From Candidatus Bathyarchaeota archaeon (GTDB taxonomy: Archaea; Thermoproteota; Bathyarchaeia; Bathyarchaeales; Bathycorpusculaceae), in contig CAWHDT010000008.1 in NCBI GenBank assembly GCA_963828195.1, forward strand, positions 32,001-96,000: a stretch of DNA of 64,000 nucleotides, in the 5' to 3' direction. Both the position numbers and the translations under genes were made by a program. The notes beneath the pieces are model-generated. The model worked only from the letters and a program-made list of their open reading frames with translations, was not told the origin of the DNA and ran no database searches. Positions 18,870-27,125 of this stretch are shown piece after piece (within the stretch, counting starts at the first letter, position 1; every line of letters starts with the position of its first letter).

Positions 18870-21800
18870 ATGAATCATCAAGATGAAAGAACCGTGAAGA
18901 AACAAAAAATCCTGATAATCGCATTCCTAATTTCGCTGTCAATCTGCGCATTCGCGAGCATGCAAGCCAAAGCTCAACCGACAGTTCCTACAACGACGAC
19001 TACTGTGCTTTCTCAGAATACTATCACTTTTGGCGGTTCTGTAACCGACACTGCGTCTGTTACCTCGGGCGCTACCGGGTCAGTTACTTTCTACGTTTCA
19101 ACCGACGGTGTTTCTTGGACTCAGTTGGATACAGAACCTTTAACTGCTAACATTGCGAGTTCCAATGCTTATTATCCGTCGGCTGCCGGCACCTACTATT
19201 TCATGGCAACTTACAGCGGCGACAGCAATTTCTTGACTTCTTCGAGCGGTGCCTTTGATGAGCTTTTGACGGTTAACCAGGCTTCTTCAACGACGACTAC
19301 TTCGCTCTCTTCGAGCACCATCACTTTGGGAGGTTCTGTAACCGATACTGCGACCGTTACTGGCGTCTCAGGTTTCGCTGTTCCTACTGGGACAGTCCAG
19401 TTCTATGCTTCAACTGATGGTGGTTCTACTTGGAATTTGTTTGATACGGAATCTTTGAATGTTGTGGGCACCGCTACTTCCATTCCTTTTGCTCCGTCGG
19501 CTGCATCGGCTACTGGCGCCTCCTACTACTTCTACGCGGTTTATAGTGGCGACAATAATTATGCGGGTTCTCAGAGCGGTTACACTGATGAGCCTTTGAC
19601 TGTGAATGAGGCTGCGACGACCACTGCTACTTTGCTTTCGCCTCTTGGCCCGATAACTTTGGGCGGTACGGTGGCGGATACGGTAATAATCAGCACTTCT
19701 GCTTCTGGCACTTTGCCTTCTGCTACTGGTACATGGACGATTTATGCGGCTGACAATTCCGCAATGACAGATGAGGTGTCGATTGGTAGTGGAGCCGTTT
19801 CTGGCGCTTTGAGTTTCTCGGCGACTACTGCGCCTTGGACTGCGACGCATGCTGGCACCTGGTACTTCCAAGCTGTTTACAGCGGCGACGGTAACTATGC
19901 CGGTTCAATGAGTACGCCAACTGATGAGGCGCTCGTTGTAAATGTGGCTCCGACTGTGAGTGTGTCACCCAATTCTGGGGCTATGGATGTTAGTCAGTCT
20001 ATGACGCTCACTGCTACGGTTTCTGGCGGCACTTCTCAGTATACGTATCAGTGGCTTCAGATGGCTCCTAGTGCCAGTTCTTACTCCGCGATTAATGATG
20101 CGACTTCATATAGCTATTCTTTTGCTACTACAGGTTCTACAGCGACAGGTGTTTGGAGCTTTGAACTTCAGGTAACTGATAGCGCGGGGGCAGTAATCAC
20201 TTCTTCTGCTGCAACGGTTACGGTGGCTGCTTCGCCGACTGTAAGTATCGCTCCTGTCGGTCCAGTTGCCTTGGATGTAGGTCAGGTACAGGCGTTTACG
20301 GCTACTGCTATTGGCGGTTCTGGTTCTTTGTCTTATCAATGGTATTTAGATGGCTCTGCAGTTGGGTCTGACAACTCTGGTTATTCTTATACTGCTTCGG
20401 GAACTTCGCATACAGTTACTTGCAAGGTGACTGACAGCGCTTCTGTCCCAGTTACGTCTTCTGCTTCAAACGCAGTTACAATTACAGTGGCTGCTTCGCC
20501 GACTGTAATCATCTCTCCTACCGGTCCGCTTACTCTGGATGCTGGTCAGATTCAGACCTTTACTGCGATAGCAAGTGGTGGTTCAGGCACTTTGTCTTAT
20601 CAGTGGTACTTGGACGGCGCCATGCTCAGCTCTAACAGTGCAAGCTATCTCTATACTGCTTTAGCCGGCTTGCATTCGGTTACCTGTAAGGTAACTGACA
20701 GCGCTTCTACCCCAGTTACTTCTCCAGTTTCCAACGCCGTTTTGGTTACGGCAAATTCTGCATTAATTGCCCCAACTGAGACATCCACTCCTAGCACTGT
20801 TGACCAGGGTCAGACTGTCAGTTTGACCTCTACAGCTGTAACTACAGGAACTTCTCCTTATACATATCAGTGGCTCCAGAAAGCTCCTGACGCGAGTTCT
20901 TACTCAGCGATAAGCGGTGCGGTTTCATCTAGCAATTCTTTTGCCACTTCTAGTTCTACAACCACTGGGACATGGAGTTTCGAGCTTCAGGTCACTGACG
21001 CAGCCGCTGCAGTAACCACTTCGAACCCTACGGTGGTTACGGTGAATTCTGACCCGACTGTTACCGTGACACCCACTTCTTGGACGATGGATGTTGGTCA
21101 GAGTAAGACGTTCTCTGCTAGTGCTAGTGGCGGTTCGGGTACTTACACGAGTTATCAGTGGTATGTAGGCGGGTCAGCTCAGTCTGGTAAAACTGCGTCA
21201 ACGATTAGTTTTGCTCCTGGGTCTTCGGGTTTCTACTTGATTACTGTGGCGGCTACAGATAGTTTAGGTGTGACTTCGATTCTATCTTCCCCTGCGACTG
21301 TTGCAGTGAATGTTGCGGGTGACAGCTACTTTGAGGTTTCTGGCTTTCCAAGTTCTGCCACTGCTGGTGTGGATCACACAATCACGGTGACAATTTATAA
21401 CGCGGATGGTAACGTTGACACTAATTATGCGGGTACGGTTGCGATTACATCAAGTGACAGCAACGCGGTTCTGCCTGCCAATTCTGGTCTCACTGATGGT
21501 GTCGGCTCTTTTACTGTAACTTTAGAGACTGCCGGCTCTCAGTCAATCACAGTTACCGACACATCAAATAGCTCGATTACAGGTTTTCAGAGTGGAATAA
21601 CAGTTAATCCGGCTGGTCTAGATCACTTTGTCTTGAGTAATGTTGGAACTCAAACTGCTGGTTCTGCATTCAGCATAACAATTACGGCAGAGGACGTGTA
21701 CGGGAACACGGTTACAGGGTATAGTGGTGAACCGTCTTTGACGTATTCTGCTGGGTCAATTACTCCGTCTTCCGCGACTGGTGGCTTCTCGAGTGGTGTT

Positions 21801-22652
21801 TGGACCGGTATGGTTACGGTGACTGCTGCCAGTTCAGGCGTTACTATTTCCGCAACTGACGGCACTCAAACGGGTACAAGTAACTCGTTTACCGTTACTT
21901 ATGCTGCTGTCGCTAATGTCGTAATTTCTACTGATGCTTCATCGGTTACAGCCGGGGATTCTTTGACTTATTATGCTATGGCTTATGACGTATATAGAAA
22001 CGCTTGGGATGTGACTTCTTCAACGATTTGGAGCATAAACTCCGGCGCTGGCGGTTCATGGAATGGAAACGTTTACACTTCTGTGACTGCTGGTTCCTGG
22101 ACAATTACTGGAACGTACGCTTCAGCGACTTACACTATTGGTTTAAAGGTTAATCCAGCTGGTCTAGATCACTTTGTCTTGAGTAATGTTGGAACTCAAA
22201 CTGCTGGTTCCGCTTTCCGCATAACAATTACTGCCGTTGACGCGTATGGCAACGTAGTTACGGGCTACAATGGCACGCCGACTTTGAATATTTCAACTGG
22301 GACTATTAGTCCAAATTCTCCCGGTTCCTTCTCAAGTGGAGTTTGGACAGGTATGGTTAACATTACTACGGCTGATTCAGGCCTTACCATTACGGTTACT
22401 GATGGCAGTCATTCTGGAACTAGTAACCCGTTTATGGTGACGTTGGCGCCAACATCCACTCCAACTCCCCCAACACCGACCCCCTCCCAAACTTCGACAG
22501 CACCGCCGAAGTCAGCATCATCATTTGGACTTGCGCTTGTCGCCGTCACAACCGTCGCCGAAATCATCATTATCTTCGCAGTAATAGTCATCATACATTT
22601 TAGACGAAAAACTGGCAAAGCAACCCTTTCGGCTCATTTTCTTAGTGTTTGA
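18870..22652 (+). CDS. Large S/T-rich cell-surface protein with tandem Ig-like/PKD-like domains and C-terminal TM anchor
   Basis: Signal peptide. Repeats YYF.A.YSGD.N (x3), Y.YQW (x5) and LDHFVLSNVGTQTAGSAF (x2). P/T linker, TM and basic RRK tail. Confidence 0.88.
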   Translation: MNHQDERTVKKQKILIIAFLISLSICAFASMQAKAQPTVPTTTTTVLSQNTITFGGSVTDTASVTSGATGSVTFYVSTDGVSWTQLDTEPLTANIASSNAYYPSAAGTYYFMATYSGDSNFLTSSSGAFDELLTVNQASSTTTTSLSSSTITLGGSVTDTATVTGVSGFAVPTGTVQFYASTDGGSTWNLFDTESLNVVGTATSIPFAPSAASATGASYYFYAVYSGDNNYAGSQSGYTDEPLTVNEAATTTATLLSPLGPITLGGTVADTVIISTSASGTLPSATGTWTIYAADNSAMTDEVSIGSGAVSGALSFSATTAPWTATHAGTWYFQAVYSGDGNYAGSMSTPTDEALVVNVAPTVSVSPNSGAMDVSQSMTLTATVSGGTSQYTYQWLQMAPSASSYSAINDATSYSYSFATTGSTATGVWSFELQVTDSAGAVITSSAATVTVAASPTVSIAPVGPVALDVGQVQAFTATAIGGSGSLSYQWYLDGSAVGSDNSGYSYTASGTSHTVTCKVTDSASVPVTSSASNAVTITVAASPTVIISPTGPLTLDAGQIQTFTAIASGGSGTLSYQWYLDGAMLSSNSASYLYTALAGLHSVTCKVTDSASTPVTSPVSNAVLVTANSALIAPTETSTPSTVDQGQTVSLTSTAVTTGTSPYTYQWLQKAPDASSYSAISGAVSSSNSFATSSSTTTGTWSFELQVTDAAAAVTTSNPTVVTVNSDPTVTVTPTSWTMDVGQSKTFSASASGGSGTYTSYQWYVGGSAQSGKTASTISFAPGSSGFYLITVAATDSLGVTSILSSPATVAVNVAGDSYFEVSGFPSSATAGVDHTITVTIYNADGNVDTNYAGTVAITSSDSNAVLPANSGLTDGVGSFTVTLETAGSQSITVTDTSNSSITGFQSGITVNPAGLDHFVLSNVGTQTAGSAFSITITAEDVYGNTVTGYSGEPSLTYSAGSITPSSATGGFSSGVWTGMVTVTAASSGVTISATDGTQTGTSNSFTVTYAAVANVVISTDASSVTAGDSLTYYAMAYDVYRNAWDVTSSTIWSINSGAGGSWNGNVYTSVTAGSWTITGTYASATYTIGLKVNPAGLDHFVLSNVGTQTAGSAFRITITAVDAYGNVVTGYNGTPTLNISTGTISPNSPGSFSSGVWTGMVNITTADSGLTITVTDGSHSGTSNPFMVTLAPTSTPTPPTPTPSQTSTAPPKSASSFGLALVAVTTVAEIIIIFAVIVIIHFRRKTGKATLSAHFLSV
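21612..22210 (+). repeat. Intragenic direct repeat, 53 identical bp (21612-21664 and 22158-22210)
   Basis: gctggtctagatcactttgtcttgagtaatgttggaactcaaactgctggttc occurs twice, 546 bp apart and in frame. Confidence 0.85.
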
Positions 22653-23422
22653 ACCAAAAAAACGCAGCATACCCCAATGGTAAGAAAGTACCCTTGATTT
22701 AACTAAGACTGAATTGGGCATAGTATTCGCCAATTAACCTGTTGGTTGAGCTTTTAGATGGGTGTCTCTACTGCCACTTGAATCAAGGCAAAGCTCGTTT
22801 TTAATCGATTCTGGAAGTGCAAAAGACTTAACTTTTAAAAGCTACACCAGATACAACCTTTTTTAATCGGTTTTTTGTGTTATTTCTTTCTAGTCAGTCG
22901 TGACTAAGTTCCCAGATAGCTCTTGCTTGTAATGCTTATTCCCAGCGAGAAACATATACATAAATATCATGCTTAAAACAAAGGCAATACTTCCAAGCCT
23001 GATAAAAGTGAAGAACGGTGCATAATTAAGAAACAGGTCATTAAAATCAACTTTATCGATAACTATTCATGCGACAATGTAGAGCCAAAGAAGAAAAGTG
23101 TATAACCAAAGCGTAGCGAACAGCGCTCTCTTTTTCCTAATAATCTTCCTCCAACCATGGCAACATATGCAACACCTACTTGCACACATTCACATTGAAG
23201 AACTTTCACCTATTTTCGTCCTTATAGAAGCTGACCAGCTTTAAGTATCGCGGATTTCAGCATCATTAGAGAGATTTCTCTCAGAAGTTTCTAGGGGGTT
23301 ATTAAAGTTGGCCTCGATTTGAGATTTGGGTATTTTTTGGGAAAACCGAGTTAAATACTTCACGATAGTTTGGTTTCTTTGATTAGAGTGAGATTTGTCA
23401 TGGGTGAGACTCTGAGCTGGAG

Positions 23423-23635
23423 GTGGTAAGGCTGGCTGGTAAGGCTGCGGAGATGGCTAAGGTTTCTGCTAAGGGCGGGTTCTATCTTTTCTGGGGCGTT
23501 GCCGTTTCGGCTGTTGTTTCAGCGGTCGGCGTCATTGTCTTGGCTAGAGTCTTGCAGCCTCAGGATTATGGTTTGTACACGATTGCCTTGGCTGCGCCAA
23601 CCTTGATTGGGACGTTTCGGGATTGGGGGCCTTAA
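23423..23635 (+). pseudogene. 5' fragment of a second Wzx flippase paralogue
   Basis: KAAEMAKVSAKGGFYLFWG...GTFRDWG parallels KAAELAKVSAKGSFHLLWG...GVFRDWG of 13330..14913 and stops after ~70 aa. Confidence 0.85.
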
Positions 23636-24025
23636 ATCCATTCAAAATAAAAAAAGAGGAAAACTGATGTCTCCACTGGAGGGAGCATTCAAGGTCTACC
23701 GAGGCGAGGCTAATCGTAAAGATGATTTTCAGAAAAATTATACGTGTAATAATTTAAACTAAAACTAAAGATACCTTGTCAAACTTTAATTCAAGAAACA
23801 ACTTAAATAAATAGCGAATGGAACAGATGAAATAATTGTCTAGAACATTAATCTGATTGGTCGGTGGTTTATTGAATCTGGTATGGCTGATTCAGTCGTA
23901 TGATGGCATGAGATGGCTGTATTGGCAATTCTGTAGTTTTGTTGTTCAATTATGCGCTTGTCCCAGATGAGCAATAAGATTTATTAAGACTTAATACACA
24001 ATTTCTTCAAAAGAGGGGAATAAAT

Positions 24026-24487
24026 ACGAAAAAACCTAAACTCCCAGTAACAACAGTTCTCATAGCTTTAGTTGCCATCGCAATAGCCCTGACACTAACA
24101 ACTTATGCGGCTCTAAGCACAAATTCAAACTTGCCATCAAACGGCACGATTTCCTCAACCGCAAACTTAAGTGTGTACTCTGACAGCGGCTGCACCCAGC
24201 CCTTAACTTCCTTAAATTGGGGAACTCTCACTGCGGGAGAAACAACAAATCAAACAATCTACATTAAGAATACAAGCAGCGGCCTCTCATTAACTCTCAA
24301 CATGACAACAAGCAGCTGGTACCCAACAACTGCTAGTGGAGAAATGACTGTAACGTGGAACCAGCAAAATACGGATCTTCAGCCTGGATCATCAGTTCCG
24401 GCGATCATAACCCTGACGGTTTCTCCAACTGAAGTTGACCTCACAACCTTTAGTGTTCAAATAGACATCGGCGGAACAAACCCATAA
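24026..24487 (+). CDS. Secreted TasA/camelysin-like putative fibre subunit (paralogue 3), non-canonical or mutated start
   Basis: Frame upstream of 24131 encodes (ACG)KKPKLPVTTVLIALVAIAIALTLTTYAALSTNSNL, a full signal peptide. GAGGGG lies 7 nt upstream of ACG 24026. The mature part closely matches 16122..16598 (KNTSSGLSLTL, IGGTNP). Confidence 0.65.
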   Translation, partial: TKKPKLPVTTVLIALVAIAIALTLTTYAALSTNSNLPSNGTISSTANLSVYSDSGCTQPLTSLNWGTLTAGETTNQTIYIKNTSSGLSLTLNMTTSSWYPTTASGEMTVTWNQQNTDLQPGSSVPAIITLTVSPTEVDLTTFSVQIDIGGTNP

Positions 24488-24636
24488 GGTGCATTCAAAA
24501 ACTAATGAGCCCCACTTAACAAAAAAAATAAGCACATTTAAACTGACGCAAGTATTCCCTAATCCAATTTTTTTCAAACTGGTTCATCTGCAGTTGCAAG
24601 AATTGTTTAGACTTTTAAAGAAGTGTTTTACGATTT

Positions 24637-24974
24637 TTAGGCGATTCTGACGATTGTTGTTATGTTGTTTGCTATTAATGCTGTTAGTGCGCAGATTGAG
24701 ATGATGTATCCTGAGTTTAGGAGTTTTTTTGTATATGGTGAGGTGGGGATGTCGGTTTTTGTTTTGGTTTCAGTTTTGTAGAATATGATTCCGGCAGTAT
24801 GACTGCTGATAGTTTTATGAGGCTGAAGATAAGCATGTTTGTCTGTGTGAATCCTGCGAGTAGTGGGTTGGTTTCTGAGGCTCCGAAGAAAACTATGCCT
24901 ATGAGGGTTGTTAGCCAATCTGCGGTTCCGACTAGGATGATTGTTGTACAAAACAGGATTGCTCTTTTAACCAC
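24637..24974 (-). pseudogene. DUF5658-like membrane protein, frameshifted
   Basis: ADWLTTLIG...GASETNPLL motif. Hydrophobic C-terminus continues in the 24637..24951 frame after a 1-nt shift near 24795. Confidence 0.6.
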
Positions 24975-25246
24975 GCTGCTTTGCCTCTTCCTGCACTATG
25001 TGGGCAGCGATTTAGTTATTTATTCTCAATGTTGACGTGTACTTACTGATATGCGCCTATACATGAATCTTCACGTGAACACATAAAAAATGGTCTTGAA
25101 CAATTAAATTTTTGAGTATTTCAAAGCAAACCTTGCAGCATATATGTCGAACACAAGCCCAACGCAGTTATGTAGCTGAAGCCAACAACGCCCGCCTTTT
25201 TTAAACTGCGAACTTGCCTGTCTTCTTGGTGCATTATGATGCCTAA

Positions 25247-25298
25247 TTTCAAAGCTGATCCTTCTCCGTTTTGGACAGCCAACGGATCAGCTTTGGAA
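25247..25298. other. Strong intergenic stem-loop (12-bp perfect core)
   Basis: caaagctgatcc (25250-25261) pairs with ggatcagctttg (25284-25295), extendable to 15 bp. Confidence 0.6.
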
Positions 25299-25370
25299 CC
25301 TGCACGTTACTGCATTCTTCAAGCTTACTTTGAAATGTGACTTTTCTATTAAGCGGCATATTGCAGCCCT

Positions 25371-25442
25371 GTTCACTCGACTTTTTCCGGCATTATTCGA
25401 CTTTTTCCGACTTTTATCCACTTTATTCGACTTTTATTCACT
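25371..25442. repeat. Degenerate 10-bp tandem array, about 7 units, consensus CTTTWTTCGA
   Basis: gttcactcga ctttttccgg cattattcga ctttttccga cttttatcca ctttattcga cttttattca. Confidence 0.8.
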
Positions 25443-25601
25443 CAACCTGCAAACAATTTAAGCTTTGATTCAAAAAAGCAACTCAAACCACGAGAACAAA
25501 AATTTAGAAAGAACTAAAAACTTGGAGCTCCACACGCCTTAAAAATGTAGCCGCGGTAAGGGCTGCGAGATGTCATTTAGGTGTTTTCAAACGTTGCTGT
25601 T

Positions 25602-26459
25602 TCAATGGTGAAAGCGTTTGTAGGATAGCTCTAATGCTGCCCAATATCTTTCGGGGCTGCCGATGTCGAGGTGGGTGTAGCTTTTATCTAGTTTAACGGC
25701 GTACACGTTTAATCCCCATTCAATCAGCTTCTGTATGGCGTCAGTTAACTCGACTTCACCGAATTTTCCAGGTTTAGTCGCTTCTAAGGCTTTAAAAATT
25801 ACGGGGTGAAAACTGTACATGGCCATTATCGCTAAATTGGACGCTGGCTTCTGAGGTTTTTCCTCAGCCGCTTTCACTTTTATAACTCCTGGTTCTACTT
25901 CGTCTCCTTCAACAATTCCGTATTGCTTTGGATTTTCTATTTCAAGAACGATGAAAGCAGCATCAGCATTTAGCCGCTCTGAAACATCTAAGAGTTTCTT
26001 GAGGTAATCCATGTCCTTTGAAATAAGGCAGCTGTCGCCAGCATGAACTACGCAACGTTCATTTTGCACGAACGGCTGAGCATTTAAAACGGCGTTACCG
26101 AATCCCTTGGCTTCAGGTTGATTAACCCACATAATCGTAGACGCCTTAAGTTTATCATAAAAACCGTTTAAGTCATCAGCTTGCCCATGTTTACCAGTGT
26201 TTTGCAGATTATGAATGCAGTTAAAATCGGGGGTAAAATGATCCTCTATCCCGCGTTTTCCTCTGCCTACTACAAAGCAGAACTCTCTGAGCCCTGCGTT
26301 ATGTAGATTTTCAAAGACCATTTGCAGGACAGGCTTAACCGACAATCCGGCGTTGGTGGTTTCTGAGAAGATGGGCAGCATTTCCTTCGGCTGCTCTTTT
26401 GTTGCTGGATATAGACGAACTCCTAAACCTGCGGCTGGGATAATGACTTTGCGAATCAT
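25602..26459 (-). CDS. galU: UTP--glucose-1-phosphate uridylyltransferase / sugar-phosphate nucleotidyltransferase
   Basis: IIPAAGLGVRLYPATKEQPKEMLPI, GRGK..IEDHF, Q.EAKGFGNAV, EEKP, GEVELTDAI and DIG. Confidence 0.82.
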   Translation of the reverse strand: MIRKVIIPAAGLGVRLYPATKEQPKEMLPIFSETTNAGLSVKPVLQMVFENLHNAGLREFCFVVGRGKRGIEDHFTPDFNCIHNLQNTGKHGQADDLNGFYDKLKASTIMWVNQPEAKGFGNAVLNAQPFVQNERCVVHAGDSCLISKDMDYLKKLLDVSERLNADAAFIVLEIENPKQYGIVEGDEVEPGVIKVKAAEEKPQKPASNLAIMAMYSFHPVIFKALEATKPGKFGEVELTDAIQKLIEWGLNVYAVKLDKSYTHLDIGSPERYWAALELSYKRFHH

Positions 26460-26550
26460 AGTAATCTCTTCAAACTGTTTGCTATGTGCATTTAAGTATA
26501 TAATTGATGTGAATTATAAAAAAGAATTATGACTATGCTGGAGCTGCTGG

Positions 26551-27002
26551 CTAAGATAGATCACGGGTGTGTCGTATTGGATCATCGCTGTGTTTTGAAT
26601 GTTTTAAAGTAGCCTGGTTGATTATTGCGTTTTCGATTATGTAGCCTGAGCCCGTTTTCTGATTCCAACCGCTACTGGTATGTGTGATTATAATTTGCCC
26701 TGCTCCTGTGTTGATTTGGCTGTTGCTACTGCCTACTGCCGTCAAGATGCCGTAACTTGTATGTATTAGCTATTCAGGTTGACGGTGACTACAGGTTCAA
26801 TAGTCAAAGTCACTCCAGCGTTCGCAGCTACGGGTCCAATAAATGTGTATGGGCTGTTTGCTTGCGTCCAAGTAGTATTTGAAGTGATTATGCCATTGAC
26901 TGACGTAGAGGTTTGCGCTTTTCCAGAAGGCACGCTACTAACAAAAGCTAACCGGCAAATCATAAGAGCTATCAATAATACTGCAGATGCATGTTTGACA
27001 AA
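26551..27002 (-). pseudogene. Decayed 5' part of a secreted beta-helix surface-protein gene
   Basis: Signal peptide followed by VNGIITSNTTWTQANSPYTFIGPV...GVTLTIEP.VTVNLNS*YIQV, then a frameshift into LTAVGSSNSQI...IIENAIINQ, then truncation. Confidence 0.65.
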
Positions 27003-27125
27003 AGTATCCCTAACTATATACAGGCAATCAAGGGATAAAAAGTATTACTCTTAATCGATTATTAGCCTAAGAAATCGCTTTATTTGGTGAACAAAATAAA
27101 AAAAATTGGGAAAAGAAAAAGGGGT

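Noticed and set aside
23064-23210. Short minus-strand ORF beginning VKVLQ (possible glycosyltransferase relic)
   Set aside because: Too short and too weakly similar to support without a search.
25371-25442. Possible CRISPR array
   Set aside because: Units are 10 bp, contiguous and have no spacers. No cas genes in the window.
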